NCBI RefSeq assembly: GCF_001194135.2
Contig: NC_068986.1
Location: forward strand, 11,573,292-11,635,685
Source: Octopus bimaculoides
Taxonomy: Eukaryota
Reading direction: 5' to 3'
Length of the DNA: 62,394 nucleotides
In this document: positions 24,961 to 37,784 of the stretch, piece after piece
Layout: every line of letters starts with the position of its first letter
Position numbering within the stretch: position 1 is the stretch's first letter
Program-made: the position numbers and the translations under genes
Notes under the pieces: generated by a model
Database searches by the model: none
Told to the model about the DNA's origin: nothing
What the model saw: the letters and a program-made list of their open reading frames with translations, nothing else

Positions 24961-25001
<41 letters not shown>

Positions 25002-25416
25002 AAGTAGGTGATGGACATGGTTCATACAAAATTTGGGAAATTTAGCTATCATGAAAACCTATTTCTATAATTATATTTTTTAAGCACCCACTACACTCTC
25101 GGAGTGGTTGGCGTTAGGAAGGGCATCCAGCTGTAGAAACTCTGCCAAATCAGATTGGAGCCTGGTGTTCCCATCTGGTTCACCAGTCCTGTCAAATCGT
25201 CCAACCCATGCTAGCATGGAAAGCGGATGTTAAACGATGATGATGATGATGATATATATGAAACAACCACTCGTGGATGTCCTCTCCCACTTCATTTCTA
25301 TCTTCCATTTTAGACTTCTTTCATGTCATTTGTCTACTCCCAGCTTTCTCAGTGACCACCAGATTATGTTAAATAACAAGGGTGACATATACAGATAAAT
25401 ATTGTCTTCATCACTG

Positions 25417-25449
<33 letters not shown>

Positions 25450-25601
25450 ATCATCTATACATATATGTGTATATGGAGGGAGAGAAAGAAAGCCCATTCT
25501 GTAACTTACTATTTGTTTAAAGTATAACTTAAAAAGTTCATATAAAGCTTAAATATCATTTAGTTGTCAGTCTCTGCTGGTGATTGCTAAATTACTCACA
25601 G

Positions 25602-25718
25602 CTACCAAACTGTTCTGTTGAGTGGTTTACAAACCAGATGCCCTGCCCTGAAAATGATCCTACTTTGGAAAATAATTGCGGTGTTCAAAGCGTTAATCGA
25701 TTCATGTCTTCGTTACAG
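25602..25718 (+). CDS. Candidate internal exon (LPNCSVEWFTNQMPCPENDPTLENNCGVQSVNRFMSSLQ)
   Basis: 39 open codons between CACAG and CAG|GTGTGA, phase 0-0; a minus-strand GTGAGT donor overlaps the acceptor, so strand is uncertain. Confidence 0.35.
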
Positions 25719-26117
25719 GTGTGACGATAAAGTTCAAGATGTTTCATATCTATAGCATAAGAAAGTAGGTCATTCATGGGTGTGTAAGGGAAGGGAGAGA
25801 GTTGATTGGAGCAAGACCAGACTGGAGCAGCTTATTTGATTGATTATGGAGGAGCAGATGAAAGGCAAAAATTAACCTTGGTTAGATCTGAACTCAGAAT
25901 GTAAAGAGTCATGCATATATCATCATCATCATCATCACCACTACTTTCACCACCACCACCACCACCACTACTAGTCATCACTGTCACTACTGTTGTTTGT
26001 CTTCCTTTTTTTTTTTTTTACATTTGATTTTTCTGTACGGATATGGATTGTGAACATCATAACAAAACAGCTATCCCTGCATATTCACACACACACATTG
26101 ATAATCATTTAATATCC

Positions 26118-26255
26118 ACGGTCCATATATATATATATATACATACATACATACATATATATATACATACATATATATATATATACATACATACATATAT
26201 ATATACATACATATATATATATATACATACATATATATATATATATACATACATA

Positions 26256-26293
<38 letters not shown>

Positions 26294-26337
26294 CATACAT
26301 ATATATATATATACATACATATATATATATATACATA

Positions 26338-26377
<40 letters not shown>

Positions 26378-26596
26378 CATATACATATATATANNNNNNN
26401 NNNNNNNNNNNNNNNNNNNNNNNNNNNNNNNNNNNNNNNNNNNNNNNNNNNNNNNNNNNNNNNNNNNNNNNNNNNNNNNNNNNNNNNNNNNNNNNNNNNN
26501 NNNNNNNNNNNNNNNNNNNNNNNNNNNNNNNNNNNNNNNNNNNNNNNNNNNNNNNNNNNNNNNNNNNNNNNNNNNNNNNNNNNNNNNNNNNNNNNN

Positions 26597-26639
<43 letters not shown>

Positions 26640-26640
26640 A
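26118..26640. repeat. Compound (TA)/(TACA) microsatellite with N gap
   Basis: Direct reading. Confidence 0.95.
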
Positions 26641-26853
26641 TATATAAAGGTTATGAAGGGTATTGGAGTCAACCAAACCCTAAAGATACAGGCAATACCG
26701 AGTAAGTGCTGTATACCGACTAGTTTTGCCCCTGTCGTTGTAGCAACATGAGTGGGGAATATAACATAGGTCGTGTATTAGCGTGTGTATGTATAAAGAA
26801 AGAAAAGGATAAAGAGACCAATGGCAAAGTTAGAATTATATTTTATGGATAAA

Positions 26854-26902
26854 GTCTTACAGCTGTTTCAGGGAAAATCCAATGTATCCCTTCATCGGAG
26901 AC
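26854..26902 (-). ncRNA. Minimal hammerhead-like motif (core CCGAUGA, U4C)
   Basis: GTCT-CCGATGA-AGGGA(tacattggattt)TCCCT-GAAA-CAGCTG-TA-AGAC. Confidence 0.55.
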
Positions 26903-28339
26903 GGTAATAGTAGAAGAATGTAATAATCCTCACTCTCATAAACCTCCCCACCCATCCTTGATTCTCGGTCTTTATTCTTTCTTTAAGTTTCTTGTATCTT
27001 GTGGATATACCCTGACACTTCATCTCCACCATCCTCTCTCTGTTTCCAGCTGGGATAGCCATATATCTCCTCTACAGCAAGACATCCATTCCTATCCTTT
27101 GTACTTCAACCTCTCATCTCCTGGTGTAAATCCTCAATACTACATCCCCACTCAAGAGGGTCTGGTTTACAAGTTACTTAGTCACCCCACTGGTGTTGGT
27201 GCCACGTAAGAATTTAGTCCACTCTGTAAAGTGGTTGTCATTAGCAAGGGCACCCAACCATAGAAACCATGCGAAAATTGTCCTCCAGCTTGTTGGATTC
27301 AGTCAAACCATCCAATCCATGCCAGCAGGGTATATGGACATTAAATGGTGAAGATGATGAAAGGCATTTTCGTCAACAGAATTACGGTAATGAAAGTGTT
27401 AATGCACAAGGTGCAAGCATAGCTATATGCACAGGTGTTGCCATGTACTTAGGAAGCTTGCTTCCCAACCATGTGGTCTTGAGTTCAGTTCCACTGTGTA
27501 GCACTTTAGATAACTGTATTCTACTGTAGTCCTTGGCCGAGTGAATTTGGTAGAGGTAAACTGAAAGAAACCCATCACATCAGATGGCCAACCCATGCCA
27601 GCATGGAAAGTGGATGGTAAATGATGATGGTGATATATCACCATCATCATCATTATCATCACCATCATCAGTTTTTGATGTTAGCATGGGTAAAACAGTG
27701 TAATAGGAGCTGGTAAGCCAGGGAGCTGCATTGGGCTCCAGTCTGTTTTGGTTTGGTTTCTACAACTGGATGCCTTTCTTAATGCCAACCACTCCACAGA
27801 GTGTCCTGGATGCTTTTTATGTGTCACCAGCACTGGCCATGATGATGATTTTACTTTGCTTGATGTGTCTTCTCAAGCACAGCAAATTGTCATTGCCTCC
27901 ATGAGGCTCAACATCAGAGGATCATATTTCACCCCTTCGTCCCACATCTTCTAGGTTCTACCTCTTCCACAGGTTCCCTCCACAGAGAATGACACTTCAG
28001 TTCTGTGAGTGAGTGGACAAATGAAAAGAAGTGACATTCAACACATTTGTTAGGAGTTACATGTATTATTTATCTAATAACAGTGCTTTGGCTCCATGCA
28101 GCTTAAAGTTTCAGACTCGTCAAACGAACCTCTCATCTGACTTGTAGAAATCGAATCTATGAGCCTGATGGGACATGTTGATGAGCCTATGAAACTTTAA
28201 GATGCATGGAGTCAAATCAAAGTGGCTGGCATTAGGAAGGGCATCCAAATGTAGAGAACATGCTAAAGATGAAAGATCAGCAGGATGTTGTAAATGACTT
28301 CAAATCATTTACACAGAAATGAGTGTAAAGAAATATATA

Positions 28340-29335
28340 CTTTTCTACTCTAGGCACAAGGCAGAATTTGAACTCAGAACGTAGAGACAGACGAAATACC
28401 GCTAAGCATTTTGCCTGGCATGCTAACATTTCTGCCAGCTCGCTGCCTTTATAAAGAAATATATATTAAGCAGAAAAACAGGGAAATCAGGGAAATAAGA
28501 ATTCAAAGTACTTTTTTATAGGTTTGGTGCATATCCAGAGAGTTCAAACTGTAATGTCTCTGATAAAAGAGAAGAAGATCCAAATAGCGCTTTGTAGCGG
28601 TTCATCCTGGATAGGAAGTAAATATCCAGGGATTTCATACTTGAACCTACACAGAGTAGAGAATGTGGGTAATTCGCTACAGCTATCGACCCTGAAAGGA
28701 TGAAAGGCAAAGTCAACCTTGGCTGAATTTGAACTCAAAACATAAAGACAGACAAAATACTGCTAAGCATTTTGCCCAGTTGTCTATTAATATTGATCAA
28801 ACTTTTATATATACCACTAAGCATTTCGCCCGGTGTGCTAACGTTTCTTATTTCTTTATTGCCCACAAGGGACTAAACATAGAGGGAACAGACAAAGGGA
28901 TTAAGTCGATTACATCGACCCCAGTGCGTAACTGGTACTTTATTTATCGACCCCGAAAGGATGAAAGGCAAAGTCAACCTCAGCGCAATTTGAACTCAGA
29001 ACATAACGGCAGACAAAATACCGCTAAGCATTTCGCCCAGTGTACTAACACTTCTGCCAGCTCGCTGCCTTAAATGGTGTGCTAACGTTTCTGCCAGCTC
29101 GTCCACCTTAGCCACTGCTACAATTGTATTTCTATTCTAGGCACAAGGCCTGAAAATTTGGGGGAGGGAGCCAGTTGATTAGATTGACCCTAGTATGCAA
29201 CTGGTACTTAATATATTGACCTCTGAAAGGATGAAAGGCAAAGTCAACCTCGGTGGAATTTGAACTGAGAACATAAAGACAGATGAAATACCACTAAGCA
29301 TTTTGCCTGGTGTGCTAATGTTTCTGCCAGCTCGG
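28340..29335 (-). mobile_element. Cluster of at least four SINE family D copies and fragments
   Basis: Repeated GAATTTGAACTCAGAAC...GAAATACCGCTAAGCATTT...CTGCCAGCTCG; reverse complement is a tRNA-like head. Confidence 0.9.
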
Positions 29336-30407
29336 ATAGCTGGTCCCTCTGTTGGGTCGACCTCTTCATTGATAGAAATAGAGAATAAACTTCAGAAATG
29401 TGGAAGGGACCAGAATATTGATAAAACAAAAAGCAAGACGTACCTAATTTTTTTCCTTAGTGAATCAGGTGACAACTTGAGGCATGCTGGGAATTTGAAA
29501 TTCCAAAAACGAATAAGTTGAGGAGTAAAAAATAAAAACGTAGAATAAATAAAATATAAAATTCATCAGTACAAGAAAAAAAAAACTTATAAAGATGTAA
29601 AAAAAAAAACAAATAGCAATGTATGTGATTTTTTTTTTTTTGCTGCTTTTAAATTCCATAAAAATAGTAAAAAAGAAAATGTCTGTAGAATGTGAATTGG
29701 CAAAGTTTGAGATCTTTTATTGAATGTTAGTAACTCACAGGATTCCACAATAGTGATTAGAATAATTCTGGTTATTGATGAAATATAACAGAAGGAATTT
29801 TGTCAAATTTGAAGCAAGATAACAAAATGTATGTATATGTCTGCAATAATGTCCACATTCTTGTTATGTGAGTGTGTATGAATGCATGTATAAGTGTGAT
29901 TGCACAATTAAGGTGAGAAATACACATACATGCAGAAACATATTATTTGAATAAGATAATAGTTTAAATGTTTAGGTGTATTTTGAAAATATTTAATGAA
30001 TTCAATGAATGTACTAATGGGGGTCAGTGGTTTCTATTTGAGTCACGTAAAAATCTTTTTTTTTTGCTTTCTTTTTTGCCTTCTTGTTTCTGTAAGGACT
30101 ATATAACATAAAGGGACAGCTCAACCTCAGTATATCACTGGTATAAATTTTATTTAAGTAGAAGCAAAATAACTAAAGTGAATAATGGTGTCGGGACTAC
30201 CAGCATTTTACATCTTGAGTTCAGCTCTTAACTTCCTGTACAACACAATACCACACGGGACTGCGTTTGTCAGCCAGTCCTAAAACACACGATATCACAA
30301 GAAAAGTACTAACTTTGTTGACATTCATTTTAGAAGAAGTGAAGACTCTAAAGTAATGGAGAAAAGTCTGTTCTCTTCCTCTGTCATTCATTTCTGTTCT
30401 GTAACAG

Positions 30408-30591
30408 AATCAGTTGAGGACTGGGCTTTTGACTTAGCAAAAATTCTCAACAGGATTTTAACAGTTAATCTCACTGCAAGTACTCGTCTATTTTGGCAGT
30501 ACACAGTTTTACATATATTAGTAGTTTACCTTGTTGCTGATGGGGAAAATAAGCACCAGTTTATCTGGGGTTTGTTACCTGAGATTGTCAG
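30408..30591 (+). CDS. Candidate internal exon (ESVEDWAFDLAKILNRILTVNLTASTRLFWQYTVLHILVVYLVADGENKHQFIWGLLPEIV)
   Basis: Long pyrimidine tract ending TGTAACAG; 60 open codons; donor CAG|GTATTC; phase 1-2. Confidence 0.5.
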
Positions 30592-31134
30592 GTATTCTAT
30601 ATGGTGAAAAATTTAATCTTTCCTCTGCTTAACACCAAGAAACTTGAACTAAGTTCCTGAAAGCCTCTTGGAGTTTAAGAGACATATATTTACATTAAAA
30701 TGGTTCTGTCAGTTCTGATAGAATGATGGACAAGTTATTTCCAATAAAGTTTGATTGCAAGAATCATTAGATATCCTGAAGAATGTACCATCATTATGTA
30801 TCACACCTGACTTCCTCTGCTTTGTTCAATAATAATGATATTGATGATGATGATGATGATGGTGATATTTCACTAGCAAGACCAGTACTGATATCCTAGA
30901 TAACAATGAATGTCAAACAATTCAATATCATTGCTAAAGTTATCATAGATAAACATGTAATGTTTCACTGCAAATTATAATTCATTATAAAAAATCTAGC
31001 CTCAATACAGATGTTAAACTCCTTGTCTGAAGTGTCACAGCAGATGCAACTCAAATCTCTTGTCAGGTGCTTCAAAAGTACTTCAGCCAAGTTTCCTCAA
31101 CACATGTTCAGCGCTGTTGCCAAAATCCCATGTT

Positions 31135-31905
31135 AGACATTTAGCAATGCAACCAAAATATTCTTGTAGGTGTTTTAGCATTAATGACAGAGCTTAATTG
31201 TAGGTGTTTAATATTGGAAACAATCTCATTGTGTTTAGCACCATAGACAGTCTTTTTGCATGTGCATCAGATTGTAAAGTCTTTTTATAAATGTTAAGAA
31301 CTAAAGTCTCATTGTAGATGTTTAGCAGTCGAACTATATGTGTTTATAATAGACAGTATCATTTTAGGTGTTTAGTTTTGCAACTAAAATCATACTGCAG
31401 GTATTACTCATCACATACTCGTGTTTAGCTCCATAGGCTGTCTCACTTTGTGTTTAACATTGCAGAAATTGTCTTGTAAATGTTTAGCAATGAACACATT
31501 CTTCTTGTAGGTGTTTAGCATTTCAGATGAAGTTTCATTGGAGATGTTTAGTACTATAGACAGTCTTACAGTAGATGTTTAGTATTGCAGAAAGATCTCT
31601 TTACAAGTATTTAGAGCTAAACACAAGCTCAGTTTTGATGTTCGTCAACGAAGACAGTCCAGCCATAAACATTTAACATTATAAAACCATGTAGCTACTG
31701 AGCAATGTAGACACACTCATTGTAGGTTCTTAGAACTAAACACAATTTTAGTACAGATGTTTAGCAGTGAAAAGAGGGTCGTTGTAGGTGTTTAGCAACA
31801 CACATCGCATTTTATTTAGATGCAATTTCTTTGTTAGTGTTTAGCAATGAAGACAAGTCAGACGACCTTTAAACCACCTGAGACATAGTGTCAGGTGTTT
31901 AAGAT
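31135..31905. repeat. Degenerate ~31-bp minisatellite, about 25 units, core TGTAGGTGTTTAGCA
   Basis: TTAG-core positions 31484, 31515, 31548, 31579, 31611, 31642, 31673, 31730, 31761, 31792. Confidence 0.8.
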
Positions 31906-32585
31906 TGTAGCCAAAAGATTCCACTACATCTGTTCAGAACTGTAAATGGTAACATCTGCTATGATGACCCACTGTAGAACATATATTACAATAGAACCAA
32001 AACTGGTACAAGTTACCAAACACAAGAAATAGTTCCTTTCTAACTCTTTTTTTTTTTTAAACATTTTTATTATCCATTTTTTTCTTTAGAGTTTACAGAA
32101 AGAAAATAGAAAAAAAAACAAACCGAAAACAACTTCATATGTATCATCATCATCATCATCATCAAATCAAATCCATACGAAATTTTTTAACTAATATCCT
32201 TGATAAGGGCATGAATGTCACACAAACCACATTTTCTCTTCTTCCTCACATAAAGCATAATGATACCTCATACTTTACACAAGAAAGTCATAAATCCTGT
32301 TTTTCTTCTCTGTTTCAAATTGGTGCTTTTATCTAATATCACTTTACACTGAAAATATTAGCACAATCATACTAACATACACAAGCAAACAGATCTATAT
32401 ATATATATATTTATACACACACATACGTACATACCTGTATGTGTGTGTATGTATATATATATATATATATATATATGCATACACACACACATGTATGTAA
32501 ATACTCACTCACACACACACATATATATATTATTTATATTGAAGAATAAAGAAAATCTGGAGATTGTGTTTACACTTTCTGTTAG

Positions 32586-32655
32586 CCAGCTTAGTGTATC
32601 ACAGATTTGTGTTCAAATCTCACCAGATTTGAGTTCAGCTTTCATTCTTCATGGG
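32586..32655 (+). CDS. Candidate exon (QLSVSQICVQISPDLSSAFILHG)
   Basis: Phase 2-0 fits the 30591 donor; weak donor GTTTGA. Confidence 0.25.
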
Positions 32656-32921
32656 GTTTGATCAACTAATAAATACCAGGAATATACTAGATTGATGTTA
32701 ATTCATTCTGTTATTGTCTCCACTTAAAAATATGAGTTCATTGAGGGAATGAAGACATATTTGAAGTTTCTGACTTACGAGTGGCTCAGAACATAAGAGG
32801 GAGAGGAGAAAAAGCCTACAAGTCTGGAGAGAGAGAGAGAAAGAGAGAGAACATTTTGTGCTCATATCACAATAAAGCCACTATCCTGTTCTATTGCCAT
32901 GGCTGATAAAACTTGAGCATT

Positions 32922-32963
<42 letters not shown>

Positions 32964-34134
32964 CAGCCAAAATTCCAGGCAATAAAGTTGCAGGATTTTA
33001 GTGTCTAAGAAAGATAGCATCTTGTAAATCTGTCCAACACATGTCAACATAGAAACATTAAAAATACATATGTACAACCAAAATGATGCTGTGTGTGTTT
33101 ATGAAAGTTAAGATATTTTTTTCATAAGTCATTATATAACACCTCCCATATTATTTATAGGAATCAGTGAGTACTTAATCTGTAAAAGATATATATTTAT
33201 AAAGAAGACTTATCTTATATCCCCTCATTCTCTCATAAAGAACTCTTCCTGAAACAATAAATGTGTTCTCTCCTCCTCGTTGTTCACTAACCTACCTTGC
33301 TACAGATCACCAATATCTCAAACACTAGAACATTCTATTCAATATATGTTTCTTATGTCTACAATCTGAATTGCATGTGTGTGTGTGTGTGTGTGTGGAA
33401 GTGCTTATATATAATGTTGTCTGCTGGTGCAGATATCTTGTGTGAAGTGTAGCCTACTAGGACTGACATTTTTCCGTAAATATTAATCTGGTTTCTTCTT
33501 TAGCAATTTTCAAAATTTCTTACGATTCTCTTAATGATTTACACCCCAGATGGGAATAATTCCAATTGTTGAAAGCAAGTGTTGTTTAAAATAAACCAGT
33601 GCCTTGACCAGAATTAACTTTATATCACAGAGGATGAGAAAAAGGGAGGATAAAGTGTTTCGGAATATATAAACACATAAAAAAAAAAAAACAATTAGNN
33701 NNNNNNNNGGGGGGGGGGCAGAGTAAACTAATAAACAAAATGTAGTCAATTACATTGAAGGTACTCAAGTATTTTATAAGCTGTATGATAGTGTGGGGAT
33801 TAGATGAAGGGAGGCCTTAGGCTATTACATTTGTGAGGCCACTCTCAAAGAGACTTATGATAGTGTCAAAGATATAAATACACCTTAGGGAGCAGTTATA
33901 GGCTTTAACATTCCTTGTCTAGCACTGGAAAGACTATTAGAGAGGCAAGTCCACTCACAGAGTTCCAGTTTCGGTTCAGAACCATTTTTACTCTGTATCA
34001 TACAGCTTCTGTCTTCAGAAGAGAGAGGACCCAAACTTGCCATTTACCACTATCTTAACGGAAAGTATTTTAGCCTCATGTCCATTAGGAAGAAGCAATA
34101 GTAGATATTATAATATAGCCTTATCTCCTGCTAG

Positions 34135-34245
34135 GTTATTGCCATGGAAACCTTTGTAGTCTCTAATAACACAGATATCAGCAGTTGGATGTCCGTGTCC
34201 GATGACTTTGATATAAGACGGTCTTTTGCACACCTGTCATCTCAG
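34135..34245 (+). CDS. Candidate exon (VIAMETFVVSNNTDISSWMSVSDDFDIRRSFAHLSSQ)
   Basis: Acceptor CTCCTGCTAG; 37 open codons; donor CAG|GTAGAA; phase 0-0. Confidence 0.3.
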
Positions 34246-36598
34246 GTAGAACATGTAATCTTTACCAGGGTCTGGATCCAAGGATAAGATAGATCAAGAT
34301 GTTTGAAACAACTCTTTGTCTTTCACTGCGTCCAGCAGCAGCAGCAGTTTCTCTTGTTATTTTCTCCAGACCCATAAGAAGTTACATTCAACACTGTATG
34401 TTCATTAAACATTTGTAAATTTTACAGTGTTCCTGCTCACAACAGGGAATCTCTCCTACTGAGTAAACTTACAGTTAAATGAATTGGGTCATTTGAGAGG
34501 GGACAGAATGTAAACCAACCTACAAGAACCAGCTCTGCTACTTTCTATATGGAAGCAAGAAAATAAATATATAAAAAACAAGCACTATGTTTCCTGTTTT
34601 GTACACTTAGTGGGTAATATATACAGACAACGAGAGACATTTCAGATCATGTAAACATACCTCAATGGTCCTCAACCATTTTTACATATGGACCCCTTTC
34701 ATTATTGTTTTACTATAGCCATTTAAGAACTAGTTTATAGATACTTCTTTGAAAATTCTTATTTTGTTTTTCACACATTCACTTGTGTAGGTTTCTTTCC
34801 TACACCGCTCTCTGGGAGAACGTTCTCAGTCGTGGAAACATGTTAAATTATGTAAAACGTTAGAGAAAGGAAGCTGGCCATTTCTTGTAGTAAATATATC
34901 TTAAGCAAAATCTTTTCACAGATCCTTAAAATATTACTGTGGGGCCCTATTTAATATTTTGCTTGTGTGGACCCCAGTTTAGATCTACTGTCTGAAATGA
35001 AATAAGTGAGGATTGGCTTTGAGTTTGTCATGAAGCAAGTTTATGTTAACCAGGATAGGAGACAGAAAAGGGCAGGTGTATGGAATCATGGGAAACCAGG
35101 ATAGAGGAGAGAGAAAAGGGTGAATGTATCAGTTGTCAATTGTGTTGGATGGTGGTGAGGGGGATGTACCTAAAGGGAAATCCAAATATCAATAGATTAT
35201 TGACAGGTTATCAATATATTAGCCCCAGTCAATTGATTATTGATAAAATTATTGATAAACCACAAAAAATTGTTCCAATATGCCATAATCATTATCAAAG
35301 TTGGAGAGTACATAAAAACCTAACTGAATCAAGTGTTCTGTTCTAGCTGTGTAATTCTCTACAGATTGTTTTGGTTGGTTCAAGTGCTTCTGAGCTGCAC
35401 TAATCTTGTAACTTCAAGATTTTGATAATGTAATTGTTTAATTTTAGAATGATATTGTAGGGTAGGTGTGAGAGGCTGGATCTGGCCAGTGTGAACATAA
35501 AACACATAGAATAATTTGGCAGGAAGTCACCAGTTTAAATGCTAAGGGGTTAATATTTGTGTTTCGCAAGATTCTAAGATAGAAATACCAGCAGTGGCTG
35601 ATTTTGCTCTTCAGCAATAAAATCAGTTTGGTCCTTTGGCCAACTCAATCCTCTCAACTTTCCTTTCTTTTTCACCAACCATAATTAATCATTATTACTC
35701 AGGACTCCCAGTCAGTTTCGCTCTAATTAATCCAGTGACATTTTAGAACAGAGGTAATCAACCAAATACTTGAATGTTGCCCTGTTTCTTTCTGTTTCAC
35801 AATCTCATGGTTATTCATACTCCAATGATTTTCCAGTTGTGTGCAGTGTAGCATGACAAGTCCTTAGATGGGAGCCAGCTTATTGACTTGTGCAGAAACA
35901 GTCAGTTACTGCTGTTGAGGAGTCCTGATCAGCTTTTATAGGGCAGATCTATGACACAGACATGTATGCTATTGTCTGTCGTCCTATTTTATTATGAAGC
36001 ATCTGTTGTCCTTAAATATATGCAGTCTCCATTTTAAAAAATGGCAGCTGACAAATAGTGGTTGTCATTATTGTACCTGCATTATCATAATTATTGCAAT
36101 AAGCTAGCAGAATCGTTAGAGCATTCAAAAGAAATGTTCAGTGGCATTTCTTTTGGCTTTACAAGTTCAAATGGCACCAAGGTCGACTTTCATCCTTTCA
36201 CTCAAGTACTGGGAGTTGATGTAATCGACTTGACCCCTCCCCTCAAAATTGCTGGCCGTGTCAAAAGTTAAAATTATTATTATTGTACCTGTTAATGTGG
36301 TTCTATAGTTGCTGTTGTACAATTCTGCTAAGCGCAACTTAAAACAGATCCATGGCATATTGTTAGCTTTTCAAAGAACAATTTTATTTCCTTGGTGTTT
36401 TAGTGGGAAGGCAAGGGGTATGCAGTTCAGATACTTAGGGTTTGAAACCTGGTACTGGTAAGAAGTTTGCTTCCCAACCACATGGTTCCAGGTTCAGTCC
36501 CACTGCATGGCACCTTGAGCAAGTGTCTTCTATTATAATCTAGGACTGAGCAAAGCCTTGTGAGTGGATTTGGTAGACGGAAACTGAAAGAAGCCCAT

Positions 36599-36629
<31 letters not shown>

Positions 36630-37784
36630 CATCATTTAACGTCCATCTTCCAAGCATGCATGGGTAGGACTTTGTGTGTCTATCCCACCACCATTTGACA
36701 ACCAGTGTTGGGGGTGTTTATGTTCCATAACTTAGCAGTTCAGTAAAAGAGACTGATAGAATAAGTACTGATAACATTAATAAAGAGAAATAATGAAACT
36801 AAGAGCGGGGGGGGGGGGAAGAAAATGAGAGATCAAGAGAAGTGGTGGGGAGAGACGCAAAGAAGTCAGATGGATCTAAGCTAAAAGAAAATCAATTCCA
36901 AAAACTTTACGTTCCAAAACAAAAAGACATTTCTAAAAACTCACCATTGATTATATTCTAAACACACATTCCCATAAACATATATATACTCTCATACATA
37001 TACACACACACACACAGAGACTTAGTACAGTAATTTGGTGACACTGCTAATAACCAATATGAAAAATCCGAGGCACTTGCAACAAACTTGCTTATTCCAT
37101 GTACTGGTGTCCCCCCCCCCCACTACATAACTCTAATAGTGTCTTGTTAGTACATGTAGTAATCTATCATTTACTGCATATATTATTTTAGTCAGTACGA
37201 ACACGGTTATGTTATTCCCTTATCACATGTAGAGATTATTATTATTATTATCATCATCATCATCATTATCATGATCATTAGTACTGCCTTATCACATGTA
37301 TTGTTATATAAATCCATTAAGAAATTGCACTGATCGTAAATATTCTTTATTTTTTTTTTTTTGGTGGAGGGGTGGAGGGGGATAATGTGTTTTCACACAC
37401 ACATAGAGTGCATGGACTTTACATTTTACACCTACACAGATGTAAAATTATTATAAAATAAACAAACAAAAAAACAAACAAACAATAAAACAAGAAATAA
37501 ACAAACAAACAAACAACTGGTTCTTTCTCCAGATGAAAACCAAGTTTTAAGTATTGTTAGTTTGAAGGAGATGTGTAGGAGAGAGAGAGAGAGAGAGATA
37601 GGGTAGGGAAATGTCAAAGACAGCCGGCCAACAAAACAATTAAGAATTCTGGCTGCTTCTTGTTACACAATTAGTTCTGTTTATTTTATGCATTTTTTTT
37701 GTTCATCTTTGTTTATATTTATTTTCTTTTTTAAAAGGTGAGAGAGAGAGAGAGAAGAAAATCCGACCAGTGTCATTTTGGTGC

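Noticed and set aside
24908-24993. TACGTTATATA... repeated around a 10-N gap
   Set aside because: Assembly artefact at a (TA)n tract
31010-31135. 41-codon plus frame MLNSLSEVSQQ...
   Set aside because: Short, only weak donors, phase does not fit neighbouring candidates, and it runs into the minisatellite
31135-31905. CRISPR-like repeat/spacer appearance
   Set aside because: Repeats are highly degenerate, spacers are related to each other, there are no cas genes, and the context is eukaryotic
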